Shown here piece after piece: positions 11,770-24,360 of a stretch of DNA of 55,086 nt (within the stretch, counting starts at the first letter, position 1; each line of letters opens with the position of its first letter). A model generated the notes under the pieces. That model was given only the letters and a program-made list of their open reading frames with translations. It made no database searches and was not told the DNA's origin. The position numbers and the translations under genes are program-made. The stretch comes from Octopus sinensis (lineage: Eukaryota): positions 1 through 55,086 of the forward strand of contig NW_021833928.1 of NCBI RefSeq assembly GCF_006345805.1, read 5' to 3'.

Positions 11770-12466
11770 GATATACATACATATATAATATATATGCACA
11801 CACACATACACACCCATGAATGTATAAACGCATGAATGCATGTGTGTATATGCACGTGCGTGAATATGCGTGCATGTATGCCTGTGGATCAGTGCGTGTC
11901 TTAGACGTTCATTTTCGCACGCATGTCAGATATCGGGCTACAACAAATGTGGTTGTGTAATCAATCCAATTGAAATTTCAGCTGTAGCTCTGTAAAATGT
12001 TTGATAGCGGTAAGTGAGGCATATCTGAATACATATAGACAGGGATTTTATTCTTTAGAAAGGCGGAATTACAGTGCTGTCACGTTCATTCCATTCCTGT
12101 GTGTATTACGTACCAGAAGAAGCCCAAGTCAAGGACCCGATATATTTTGCTAGAAGTACTAACCAAATCTCTTTCATGCTATTATACATAAACATATACA
12201 TGAGTACACAACCCCACCCACAAGCACACGTATATATTTTCTATCTTTTATTTGTTTCAGTCATTAAACGGCGGCCATGGTGGGGTAACCGCCTTGAAGA
12301 ATTTTAGTCGAACGATTTCGAACCTAGTACTTATTCTATCGATGTCTTCTGCCGGACCGCTATATAAAAACACCAACTCCGGTGTCAAGCGATGGTGGGG
12401 AACAAACACAGACACGAAGATACACGCACACACACACACAACACACACACACACACACAACACACA

Positions 12467-12497
<31 letters not shown>

Positions 12498-12581
12498 TAC
12501 ATACATACATATATATATATTATATATATATATATATATACATTTATATATATACATTTATATATATACATATATATATAT

Positions 12582-12630
<49 letters not shown>

Positions 12631-12968
12631 ATATATGTGTATGTATGTATCTATGTATGTATGAATGTATGTATATATATATATTATTTTAGGTATGGTA
12701 GATGAGTTCAGCAAAAATTTCAAGTTTGGTCTTCCTATCGCTGATGACATCTCATATGGCTCCTAAGGCCATCATAGGATACACACATCATTCCGTACGG
12801 ACCACAAGTGAGCAGCTCCTCCCACCACTACCATCAGTAATAGTAGAAGCCCGATATGCATACACATTCATACATGCTTTGAAAATAGTGATATATAAAA
12901 TACTCCTTCATATAAATATTATCTAATATTAAAAATTTCATATTAATATATCAAGCAGTAACCATATC

Positions 12969-13050
12969 GGTAGGGTGGCCGAGCGGTCTAAGGCGCTGGT
13001 TTAAGGCACCAGTCTCTTCGGAGGCGTGGGTTCGAATCCCACCGCTGCCA
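12969..13050 (+). tRNA. tRNA-Leu(AAG), C6>G acceptor-stem mismatch
   Basis: 82 nt, GGTAGGGTGGCC..CTGGT TTAAGGC ACCAG..GGTTCGAATCCCACCGCTGCCA, followed by a T-run. Confidence 0.9.
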
Positions 13051-13593
13051 ATGTACATTTTTTTTGTTTTCTTTCAGTGTTCTTATTCCATGTTTACATT
13101 TTCTAATAAATATGATCTATGAATTATTACTTAATATTTATCAGATTGCTTCATTATCAATTACAACTATATGTGTTGTATACGCGATTTGTTTGATTCA
13201 AGGTGGTGTTCCAGCATGGCCGTAGTCAAATGAGTGAAATATGAACCCCCCCCCCCACACACACACAGTGGTAGAAGTGGAACGAGCAAACGGTTTGATA
13301 AAGAAGGAAGTAATCGGAAGGAAAGTATCCCTGGTATTGACTTTCGGATGAGATCATTCTACCCTTGCGGACGGAATAATGGGTTCAGCATGAAGTTTTT
13401 GGGGCCAGGGTGCATAATGACACAACTTCCCATCCACCCGCTCAACATACATGCATGCATATATGTATATACATACTCACAGGCTTTGAAAATGGCGGCA
13501 TATAAAACACTTCTTCATATAAATATTATCTTACCCAAACAACACGCACTGACATTATAATTTAATATTAATCTGTCAAACGGCAAACGTGTC

Positions 13594-13675
13594 GGTAGCG
13601 TGGCCGAGCGGTCTAAGGCGCTGGTTTAAGGCACCAGTCTCTTCGGAGGCGTGGGTTCGAATCCCACCGCTGCCA
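13594..13675 (+). tRNA. tRNA-Leu(AAG)
   Basis: Canonical 82-nt metazoan type II tRNA-Leu, anticodon loop TTAAGGC, T-run downstream. Confidence 0.97.
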
Positions 13676-13791
13676 TTTGATGCTTCCTTTTTTTTTTACC
13701 CTCTTATTTTGTACATTTCCATATTCGTATTCCGAGTTTATGTTAGGTATACTAAGTTATCATATACAGTTTACTATTGTAAAATGTGATT

Positions 13792-14327
13792 GTTAATTGT
13801 CCTAGAGAATCGGAAGTGACGACAGTGATATATTAAACTTGCATAAAGAACTCCATCTGTCATCGTACGCACGAAACACTTAAGACATTTATCGGGCATT
13901 GGATATTGTCAGGAATGTATTTGATATCCCATGGGTAGGCTTCGTATGTGGGTCTCGACAACTTCTATACTCATGAAGTTGTCGACCATGCGCTCAATTT
14001 TGTTGATTCAAACGATGACAGTATCCTTTCACAAATTCTACACGGGCGATGGATTCCCGCCATGAAGAAACTCAGGCGACAATATGGGATTAGCGACGAT
14101 TTATTTTAATCATATCTTCATAAGCATGTGTTGCGAAACAAATTTAGAAATCGTGGAAAACTGTTCACAAATCTCATTTCGTGCATCAGTGACTGTTGCT
14201 TCCACGCAAATGTGATTATTTTCATCTTATATAAAATATATCAAGTGTTCATGTTATATTTAACATACGTACGTTCTATACATTCGTTAAGCCAGCGTCA
14301 TCACTTCCGGCTTCTATCGTAATTCAC
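13792..14327 (+). mobile_element. Merlin (IS1595/ISXO2-like DDE) transposon remnant
   Basis: Frame ISHG*ASYVGLDNFYTHEVVDHALNFVDSNDDSILSQILHGRWIPAMKKLRRQYGISDDLF*SYLHKHVLRNKF matches the SDGW.AY / H..V.H..NFVD / SYL.EF.WR pattern. Imperfect TIRs around CGGAAGTGA/TCACTTCCG. Confidence 0.72.
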
Positions 14328-14735
14328 GTTAATTTTTCAGCAATTTTTCGCAACAATTTATATTCCCTTTTTCTTTTTGCGGCGACAAAATGCATGATAA
14401 CCTGTATACATACATGCATACATACATACATACATACATACATACATACATACATACATACATACGTACGTGCGTACGTACGCACGCACGCACGCACGCA
14501 CGCATGCACGTAAGTACGCATGCACGTACGTACGCATGCACGTATGTGTATAACCGAACCCTAACGAATTTATTTAATATTTGCTGTAACCTTGTGTAAT
14601 AAAAAATTATGTTCCATTTATGTGTTACCTTTAACAATAATTAGGTATCTGTTACTCTTGGGCCACCGATCATATATATGTATATATACATACATATATA
14701 TATATGTATGGAAATGTAAAAAAAAAAATACAAAT

Positions 14736-14817
14736 TGGCAGCGGTGGGATTCGAACCCACGCCTCCGAAGAGACTGGTGCCTTAAACCAGCGCCTTAGAC
14801 CGCTCGGCCACGCTACC
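14736..14817 (-). tRNA. tRNA-Leu(AAG), inverted relative to the rest of the array
   Basis: Exact reverse complement of the canonical sequence. 5' flank ACCATATC is shared with the 12969 gene. Confidence 0.97.
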
Positions 14818-14933
14818 GATATGGTGAAGAGCTAATATATTTATATGAAATTATGTCAATGTCAGAGCATGTTGGTTTTGTAAGATAATATTTATATGTA
14901 TATATATATATGAATATATATATATGTATATTC

Positions 14934-14982
<49 letters not shown>

Positions 14983-15009
14983 TTATATATGAATATATAT
15001 ATATGTATA

Positions 15010-15055
<46 letters not shown>

Positions 15056-15056
15056 C

Positions 15057-15111
<55 letters not shown>

Positions 15112-15476
15112 TATATATATATATATATATTACGACGGGCTTCTTTCAGTTTCCGTCTACCAAATCCACTCACAGGACTGTGAGGACCTCTCTGTCCTAC
15201 TGTGTGTGTGTGTGCGTGTGTGAGTGTAGGCATGTGTTTACATAATACATACATACATACACATATACAGATGCATAGAAAGATAGATAGATAGAGCGAG
15301 AAAGAGCGAGTGAGAGAGAGGGGAGGGTGAATGAGAGAGAGAGTGTGTGCATACAGATACACAAAATATCGAAGTATAAGACTGTCAAACTGACACACAT
15401 AAATACTTTATCTTCCTATGAGATTACACAATAGCGTGATAATTTCATAGTAACATATGGACTGTCGAACTGTTCT

Positions 15477-15558
15477 GGTAGCGTGGCCGAGTGGTCTAAG
15501 GCGCTGGTTTTAGGCACCAGTCTCTTCGGAGGCGTGGGTTCGAATCCCACCGCTGCCA
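15477..15558 (+). tRNA. tRNA-Leu(TAG)
   Basis: Anticodon loop TTTAGGC, D-loop variant GAGTGG. Confidence 0.96.
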
Positions 15559-16051
15559 ATTGTCTTTACTTTTGTGCATTTATATTTTTGCATTCCACAT
15601 ACCTCAGAAAACTTCAACAAAACTTCAACGCTCTAGAAAAGCGTATGCTGAAAGCAAAAAGGACTTTTCCTTTATTTTTCCAGAGCATTTTTTTTATCTC
15701 GTCTTCGTGATATCTATAATTTTAGCTCCATTTTTGTGTGTGAGCGCATCTCGGCACTTTGCGCTTGTGTCCTCTATAGCTGCGGTTTGACCAGTTGAGA
15801 ATAGAGTGAGACGACGGAAACTGCAGAGAATCCCGTCGTACGTACATGTGTTTGCATTTCTGCTTGTCTGCCGCTATCGCTTGACAACTGGGGTTACTTT
15901 GTTTATGTCTTCGTTACATAGCGGTTCGATAAAAGCAACCGATAGAATAATTACCAGGCGCAATGAAAATAAGTGCTTGGCTCGATTTGTTCGACTAAAC
16001 TCTTCAGGGCGATGTCCAGTATGGCCGCTGTCAATTGAATGAAACAAGTGA

Positions 16052-16082
<31 letters not shown>

Positions 16083-16449
16083 AGAAGTGGAAAGAGCAAG
16101 CGGCATAATAAAGAAGAAATTATCTAGAAGGAAAATATCCCTGTTATTGACTTTCGGATGAGATCAATTGACTCTTGTGGGCGGCACAATGGGCTCGGTA
16201 TGGAGCTCTTCATGCTAGAGGATATAATGACACAGAATGCGGTAACCTTGTGCCCTGAAACTTGAAGATATGTGGAGGGCACGATGTATGGTATATTTCC
16301 TGACAACACCCATAGTGACAAAAGTACGCTTTGACTATATTTTTTGGATAAATAAATGCTTGTAAAATATTGATATATAAAACATTGTTTTTTCAACAGG
16401 CGATACATACTCATGATGTGTATATTGTAATGTAGCCGGTTACAGCTTT

Positions 16450-16523
16450 TGTAGCGTGGCCGAGCGGTCTAAGCCGCTGGTTTAATGCGTTAGGCACTGC
16501 GTAGGTTCGAATACCACAATGCA
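16450..16523 (+). pseudogene. tRNA-Leu pseudogene
   Basis: TGTAGCGTGGCCGAGCGGTCTAAGCCGCTGGTTTAATGCG..GGTTCGAATACCAC: 5' half intact, variable arm and acceptor stem disrupted. Occupies the expected slot in the array. Confidence 0.85.
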
Positions 16524-17450
16524 TACAATTTTTTCTTTTTTTTTTTGATAAATTTTCAATGATCGCATTCCTTTGTACACATATCCTGATAAATATCATA
16601 TATGAATTTATGTAAATATTTATACGATTGCATAATCATCTATTATGACTATATGTGTGTGATATGTGTGCACGCGGCACCTTGGCCAAGCGGCTTCTGC
16701 AGCTTCGAGCCGTTCAATCACTTCTGGGTAAATTTAGAAGAGGAATTCTGTGTAGAAGCCCGTCGTACATAAGTATATATGTTTGTCTTCGACTTTGACC
16801 CCTACTATCTCTCAACAATTGGTGTTGCTTTTGTTTATGTCCTCTTAACATAGCGGTTTGTTAAAAGAAACCGATAGAGTAATTACCAGACGAAAATAAG
16901 TATTTGGGGCGATTCAGTCGATTAAATTCTTCAAGGTTGTGTCCCAATATAACAGGGGACGTTTACCTGAAACAAGTGAAGGACACACACGCACAGAGGT
17001 AGAAGCGGATTGAGCGAACGGTAGAATAAAGAAGGAATTAGCTAGAAGGAGGATACCCTTGGTCTTGACTATTGGATGACATCAATCTACCCGTGTGGAT
17101 GGAATAAAGGGCTCGGTATGAAGTTCTTCAGGCTAAAGGGTATAATTAAAATGAATGCGGTAACCTTGTACCCTGAAGCTTGAAGAAAGGTGGTGGTGGT
17201 GGGGGGTAAGGTATATAGTATATTCCTTGATAATACCCATGGTGGAAAAAAGGTTCATTTGCAAATCTACCTGTCGTTCGACGGGTGACACTCTAGTATT
17301 TCATATATAGTTAAATATGTCCACCCGTAGCACAGCTGCACAAAAAGGCATAGACATATGAAATTCTCATCTATGTAAACATTATCTTAATAACCAAGCA
17401 CACGCTTCAAATGATACTTTAGTTTAATTATATGGCTGTCTATCCTAACT

Positions 17451-17532
17451 GGTAGCGTGGCCGAGAGGTCTAAGGCGCTGGTTTAAGGCACCAGTCTCTT
17501 CGGAGGCGAGGGTTCGAATCCCACCGCTGCCA
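17451..17532 (+). tRNA. tRNA-Leu(AAG), D-loop GAGAGG and T-stem GAGGG mismatch
   Basis: 82 nt, two substitutions relative to the canonical copy. Confidence 0.88.
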
Positions 17533-17774
17533 ACAGTCTTAACCTTTTGTGCAATTGTATTTTTGCATTACACAAAATTTCAAAAATTCAAGATTTTATA
17601 GATGCAGTGACCGTCTAATGGGTAGATGTTTATTCTTTTCTCCATTAATTCCTCTCCTCATCTCTTCTTTCTCCAGAAGAGCGTATGCTCGAAGCATAAA
17701 CGACTTTTCCTTCTATTTTTCCAGATCATTATTTTTTATCTCGTCTTCGTGATATTTAGAATTTTTACTCCATA

Positions 17775-17810
<36 letters not shown>

Positions 17811-17952
17811 TGTTTGTCCGTGTGGCTGTGTGTGCGCGCGCACGGAACCATCCGCTAGTGTCTTCTATAGTTTCGAGCCGAGCAGTAACTTGTGACTAAA
17901 CACTTCAGGACAATATCACGGCATGGCCGATGTCAATTGACTAAAACGAGTG

Positions 17953-18062
<110 letters not shown>

Positions 18063-18504
18063 AGAAGTGGAAATAGCAAGCGGTATAATAAATAAGGGAT
18101 TATCTAGATGGAAAATATCGATAATATAATCTTTCGGATGAGATCAATCGAATCTTGTGGGCGGCACAATGGGCTCGGTATGGAGCTCTTCATGCTAGAG
18201 GATATAATGACACAGAATGCGGTAACCTTGTGCCCTGAAACTTGAAGAAATGTGGAGGGCACGAGGTACGGTATATTTCCTGACAACACCCATTGTGACA
18301 AAAGTACAGTTTCAGAATTACCCGTCCTTTTCACGGGTACCACTCCAATATACGTGCTATACTAAAAAAAATACCCACCTGAAGCACACCTGTATAGAGA
18401 AAGCATTTACATATAAAATTCTCGTGTATGGAAAAACTATCTTAATAACCAAACACACGTTCAAATAATAATTTAAAACTAATTTATGAATTTGTTGCTA
18501 TTCA

Positions 18505-18586
18505 GGTAGCGTGGCCGAGTGGTCTAAGGCGCTGGTTTAAGGCACCAGTCTCTTCGGAGGCGTGGGTTCGAATCCCATCGCTGCCA
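18505..18586 (+). tRNA. tRNA-Leu(AAG)
   Basis: 82 nt, GAGTGG D-loop, CCCAT G.U wobble in the T-stem. Confidence 0.94.
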
Positions 18587-19179
18587 AGCTCAGTATTATT
18601 ATTTTGGCAAATTTTCAATCAACACATTCGATATCCACATTTCCTGATAAATATCATAAATGAAAGTCTGTAATAGGATTGTTTCGTTACCTTTTATCAC
18701 TGTGTATGCGAGGCGCTCGCGCTCTTTGGCCAAGTGTCTTCCTCTATACTTTGCCAGTTTGGTAACCACCGCTCTATATCCCAGCGCCGGTCAATCACTC
18801 CAGAGTAAGCTTAGTATATATATATAGATACGCTTGACAACTAGTGCTGCTTTGTTTATATCCCCGTAACATAGCGGTTCGCTAAAAGCGCCGATTGAGT
18901 AATTACCAGATGTGATAAAAGTAAGTACTGTGTCGATTTGTTCGACTAAACTCTTCAAAGTGGTGCCCCAGCATGACCGCAGTTAGTTGACTGAAACACG
19001 TAGGACACAAACGCACACACACGCACACACACGCACACACACAAATAGGTAGAGGCTGAACGAGGAAATGGTACCCTGTACGCTGAAGAAAGATGGAGTG
19101 CACGATATATGCTACATTTTCTGATTATACCCAAGCTGGCAAAAGTTACCCGTTCTTTGACCGCCAACACTCCAGTATA

Positions 19180-19875
19180 TGTATTAAAGTGGATTAGTTA
19201 TGTTCGATAAAAATAACTTATTTACCCAAGTTTTAACATCATCTTCTTCGAAATAGTCAAGTTGCGCAGCAATACACCGCTCCCAGCGTTCCTACCACTT
19301 TGGGAATCTGGTCTGGAAGTCGTTTTCCGTAAGCGATTGGAGGATCTCTGCGATTCGCTTCGCTTTGGATCTTGAAGACGGTATTAAAACGGGGACCTTT
19401 GAACTGCCTTTTCATGTTGGGGAAGAGATGGAAGCCCACAGGATGCTAAATCGAGTGAATAGGGCGGGTGCGGTAGCGATACTATGTTGTCTGTGGCGAG
19501 AAACTAACGTGTGATGATAGCTCGGTGATGAATCCAGATCTTCGCGTTCCACAGATCCCGTCGCTTTCGTCGAATGTCCCCCCTCAGATGCTTCAAAATG
19601 TAGCAGTAAGACTCTCGATCGACGTTCTGGCCTTGGGGTTCGACTCTCGATGCACAATACCACATTTCTGGGAATTACGCTTGTGGCGGGTCTTCAACAT
19701 CACTCATCGTCTTTCAGAGACATTCTTCTGCTTTTGAAGCATCTGTGTCACCCGACACATTGCATACGACCCACTGCCTCGTCGCCATAAACTTGCCGAA
19801 GTATGCTCAATGTCTCTGTAGCAGACTTCCCAAGTATAACGCAATATTTCACGTTGATTCTTTGTTCCTGTCCAA
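19180..19875 (-). mobile_element. Mariner transposase remnant, internally deleted
   Basis: N-terminal EQRINVKYCVILGKSATETLSILRQVYGDEAV, then ..HPPYSLDLAS, FHLFPNMKRQFKGPRF and ENDFQTRFPKW*ERWERCIAAQLDYFEED in shifted frames. Confidence 0.8.
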
Positions 19876-20070
19876 GACAAAATCGCAGACCACAGCATGC
19901 ACGTGATCCCCAAAACACAAATTTCGCAACTTGTGAAGTAAACACAGCGAACTCACAGCTGTATAGAGGAAGCATAGACACACGAAATTCGCATCTATGC
20001 AAACATTATCTTAATAACCGAACACACATTCACATAATTTTACTTTAAAAGATGAACGTGCTACAATACT

Positions 20071-20152
20071 GGTAGCGTGGCCGAGCGGTCTAAGGCGCTG
20101 GTTTTAGGCACCAGTCTCTTCGGAGGCGTGGGTTCGAATCCCACCGCTGCCA
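20071..20152 (+). tRNA. tRNA-Leu(TAG)
   Basis: Canonical, anticodon loop TTTAGGC. Confidence 0.97.
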
Positions 20153-20248
20153 GATTACTGTATATTAGTTTTGGCAAAATTTTAATCATCGCATTCTATG
20201 TTCGTTGATAAATATTAACATATAAAATACTGATCATGGAAACGTGTC

Positions 20249-20317
20249 GGTTGTGTTGCCCTGCGGTTTAAGTTACCATCTTTTTCCGAGACGTGGTTTG
20301 AAATCCTATCGCTGCCA
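20249..20317 (+). pseudogene. Heavily decayed tRNA-Leu pseudogene with an internal deletion
   Basis: GGTTGTGTTGCCCTGCGG-TTTAAGTTACCATCTTTTTCCGAGACGTGGTTTGAAATCCTATCGCTGCCA aligns to tRNA-Leu lacking TCTAAGGCGCTGG. 5' flank AAACGTGTC is identical to that of the 13594 gene. Confidence 0.7.
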
Positions 20318-20905
20318 CTTGACGTTTCACCTTCCGAATATTTGCATTTTCGCATTCCATATACATGAAAAAGTGTCAACAAATCACGATTTTATGGATA
20401 CAGTAACTGTCTGATTGAAACAAGTTTCTTCTTTCCTCTCCCCACCTTCTTTTTTCTATCCTCATCTATTTTTTCGTCTAGAAGAGCATATGCTCAAACC
20501 ATCAGACTCTTCCTTCTATATTTTTCTGAGCGTATGTATAGCATATACATTATATGTTATGTATTACATACGTGTGTGCATGTGTGCGCGCAACATCCTG
20601 GGCAAGTGACTTCTATAACCCCGGGTCAACCAATAATTTTGAGTAAATTGAGATGACGGTATCTGTGTAGACTCCCGTCATATACATTGTATTTGCGTTT
20701 GTCTTTGTATTTCTGCTTCTTTCCCAGTGTCTCTGAACAACTGGTGCTGCTTATTTTTATGTCCCCTTACCATAGCAGTGCAGTAAAAGGAACGGACAGA
20801 ACAGTTACTAGCCGTAATGAAAATAAGTACTGGGGTTGATTTGGTCGACTAAACTCCTCAAGGCAGTGCTCCAGCATGGCCGCAGTCAATTGACTGAAGC
20901 AAGTG

Positions 20906-20945
<40 letters not shown>

Positions 20946-21229
20946 CCAGCCAGACAGACAGACAGACAGACAGAGCAAGCGGCATAAGGAATTATCTAGA
21001 TGGAAAATATCGATAATATAAACTTTCGGATGAGATCAATGGTGTCTTGTGGCCGGCACAATGAGCTCGGTATGGAACTCTTCAGGCTAGAGTATATAAT
21101 GACACAGAATGCGGTAACCATGTGCTTTGAAACTTAATGAAATGTGGAAGGTACGATTTATGGTATATTTCCTGATAGCACCCATTGTAATAAAAGTACA
21201 CTTTCAGCTCTGGCTCTGGGTGTCGAATT

Positions 21230-21480
21230 CTCGCTGTACAATACCACATTTCTGGGAATGACGCTCGTGTGTGTGTGCGTGGGGTCTTCTATATCACTCA
21301 TCGTCTTTCAGAGACATTCTTCTGATTTTGAAGCATCTGTGTCTCTCGACACATTGCGTGCAACCCACTGCCTTGTTACCATAAGCTTGCCGAAGCTTGT
21401 TCAATGTCTCCGTAGCAGACTTCCCAAGTATAACGCAATATTTCACGTTGGTTCTTTGTTCATGTCCAAGACAAAATCGC
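21230..21480 (-). mobile_element. Mariner N-terminal remnant (duplicate of part of 19180-19875)
   Basis: EQRTNVKYCVILGKSATETLNKLRQAYGNKAV..RCFKIRRMSLKDDE. Confidence 0.8.
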
Positions 21481-21664
21481 AGACCACAGCATACACGTGA
21501 TCCCCAAAACACAAATTTCGCAACTTGTGAAGTGAACACAGCGAACTCACAGCTGCATAGAGGAAGCATAGACACACGAAATTCGCATCTATGCAAACAT
21601 TATCTTAACAACCGAACACACATTCACATAGTTTAACTTTAAAAGATAACTCAGCCTCTGTATT

Positions 21665-21746
21665 GGTAGCGTGGCCGAGCGGTCTAAGGCGCTGGTTTTA
21701 GGCACCAGTCTCTTCGGAGGCGTGGGTTCGAATCCCACCGCTGCCA
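21665..21746 (+). tRNA. tRNA-Leu(TAG)
   Basis: Canonical, identical to the 20071 gene. Confidence 0.97.
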
Positions 21747-21835
21747 GAATACTAGTTTTGGCAAAATTTTTATCATCGCATTCTATGTTCGTCGATAAAT
21801 ATTAACATATAAAATAATGATCACGGAAACGCATC

Positions 21836-21892
21836 GGTTGTGTTTAAGTTACCATCTTTTTCCGAGACGTGGTTTGAAACCCTTTCGCTGCA
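21836..21892 (+). pseudogene. tRNA-Leu pseudogene (duplicate of 20249, further deleted)
   Basis: GGTTGTG-TTTAAGTTACCATCTTTTTCCGAGACGTGGTTTGAAACCCTTTCGCTGCA. Confidence 0.65.
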
Positions 21893-22427
21893 ACTTGACG
21901 TTTCACCTTCCGAATATTTGCATTTTCGCATTCTATATACATGAAAAAATGTCAACAAATAAAGATTTTATGGATGCAATAACTGTCTAATTGAAACAAG
22001 TTTCTTCTTTCCCCTCCCCACCTTTTTTTCTGTCCTCATCTATTTTTTCTCTAGAAGAGCATATGCTCAAGTCATCAGACTTTTCCGTCTATATTTTTCT
22101 GAGCGTATATATAACATATACATTATATGTTATGTATTAGATACGTGTGTGCATGTGTGCGCGCAACATCCTGGATAAGTATCTTCTATAACCCCGGGTC
22201 AACCAATAATTTTTGAGTAAATTGAACCGACAGTACAGTAAAAGGAACCGACAGAACATTTACTAGCCGTAATGAAAATAAGTACAGGGGGCGATTTGGT
22301 CGACTAAACTCTTCAAGGCAGTGCTCCAGCATGGCCGCAGTCTGAAGCAAGTGACACACACACACACACACTTACACACGTAGGTAGAAGCGGAACGAGC
22401 AAATGGCATAATAAAAAATGAAGTAGG

Positions 22428-22835
22428 CATAGGAGTGACTGTGTGGTAAGTAGCTTGCTTACCAACCACATGGTTCCGGGTTCAGTCCCACTGCGTGGCA
22501 CCTTGGCCTTCTACTATAGCCTCGGGCCGACGAAAGTCTTGTGAGTGTATTTGGTAGACGGAAACTGAAAGAAGCTCGTCGTATATATGTACATATATGT
22601 ATATGTATGTGTGTGTGTATATATGTTTGTGTGTCTGTTTGTTCCCCCAGCATCGCTTGACAACCGATGCTGGTGTGTTTACGTCCCCGTAACTAAGCGG
22701 TTCGGCAAAAGGAGACCGATAGAAAAAGTACAAGGCTTACAAAAGAATAAGTCCTGTGGTCGATTTGCGCGACTAAAAGGCGGTGATCCAGCATGGCGCA
22801 GTCAAATGATTGAAACAAATAAAAGAGTAAAGAGT
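22428..22835 (+). mobile_element. SINE family A, near full length
   Basis: Homology to 3185-3670 over head, core and tail. Confidence 0.85.
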
Positions 22836-23029
22836 AACTGGAAAGCAAATATTCCTGGTATTAACTTTTGGATGAGATCAATTTCCTCGTAGAATGTGGT
22901 AACCTTGTACCTTCAAAGCTGGAGAAAGGTGGAGGGCGGGATGCATGCTGTATTTCCTGTTAATACCCGTGTTGGCAAAATTCCAAGGATACCCGTCTTT
23001 TCATGGGTAACATTCTAGTTACTTTTGTC

Positions 23030-23480
23030 TCTTATTTGTTTCAGTCAGTAGACTGCGACCATGCTGGGGCACCGCCTTGAAGAATTTCAGTCGAACGAAA
23101 CGACCACAGTGATTATTGTTTTTTAAAGCCTCGTACTTACTTTGTCGGTCGATTTCGCCGAACCGCTAAGTTATGGAAGACGTAAACACACCAACGTCGG
23201 TTGTCAAGCGGTGCTAGAGAACAAATACAGATGTAAACACACACACACACGCGCGCGCGCGCACACACATTACAGACTCACACACACACACACACACACA
23301 TACACACTCACAACACACACATATGATGGGCTTCTTTCAGTTCCCGTCTATCAAATCCACTCACAAACCTTTAGTCTGCCTGAAGCTATAATGGAAGACA
23401 CTTGCCAAAGGTGCAACGTAGTGGGACTGAACCAGGAACCATGTGACCGAGAAACAAGCTTGTTACCACACAGCCATCTG
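23030..23480 (-). mobile_element. SINE family A
   Basis: Reverse-complement homology to 3185-3670. Confidence 0.75.
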
Positions 23481-23596
23481 TAGTACACATGCTTAGAAAA
23501 ATATATAAAATTCTCATTTCTGAAAACATTATCTTAATAACCGAACGTACGTTCACATGATAATTTAACTTTATTATATGATGTCGTCTGTGTACA

Positions 23597-23678
23597 GGTA
23601 GCGTGGCCGAGCGGTCTAAGGCGCTGGTTTAAGGCACCAGTCTCTTCGGAGGCGTGGGTTCGAATCCCACCGCTGCCA
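23597..23678 (+). tRNA. tRNA-Leu(AAG)
   Basis: Canonical 82 nt, T-run downstream. Confidence 0.97.
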
Positions 23679-23760
23679 TGTCGCGTTCTTTTTTCTTTTT
23701 GCTACGTTTCTATGTTTGTATTTCAGAAAGGAATTTCCTTATTAATAATTCATGCATACA

Positions 23761-24360
23761 AGGCGGCGAGCTGGCAGAAACGTTAGCACGCCGGGCGAAA
23801 TGCGTAGCCGTATTTCGTCTGCCGCTACGTTATGAGTTCAAATTCTGCCGAGGTCGACTTTGCCTTTCATCCTTTCGGGGTCGATAAATTAAGTACCAGT
23901 TACGCACTGGGATCGATGTAATCGACTTAATCCGTTTGTTTGTCCTTGTTTGTCCCCTCTGTGTTTAGACCCTTGTGGGTAGTAAAGAAATAAGTATTTC
24001 GTCTGTCTCTACGTTCTGAGTTCAAATTCCGCCGAGTCGACATGGCCATTCATCCTTGGTGGTCGATAAATTAAGTACCAGTTGCGTACTGGGGTCGATC
24101 TAATCGATTGCCCCCACCCCCAAATTTCGGGCCTTGTGCCTAGAGTAGAAAAAAATATAAATAGCAGAAACGTTAGCACGCCGGGCGAAATGCTTAGCAG
24201 CATTTCATCTGTCTACGTTCTCAGTTCAAATTCCGCCGAGTTCGACTTTGCCTTTCATCCTTTCGGGGGTCGATAAAATAAATACCAGCTGTACACAGGG
24301 ATCGATCTAAACCACCTATCTATCCCTCGAAATTGCTGGCCTTGTGTCAAATCTTGAAAA
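23761..24360 (+). mobile_element. Cluster of three SINE family B copies
   Basis: Head GGCGGCGAGCTGGCAGAAACGTTAGCACGCCGGGCG and three GAGTTCAAATTC..GTCGACT cores. Confidence 0.8.

Noticed and set aside
11930-12015. Possible internal exon ending at GCG|GTAAGT (~12010)
   Set aside because: All three frames from the upstream AG contain stops, and there is no supporting gene context.
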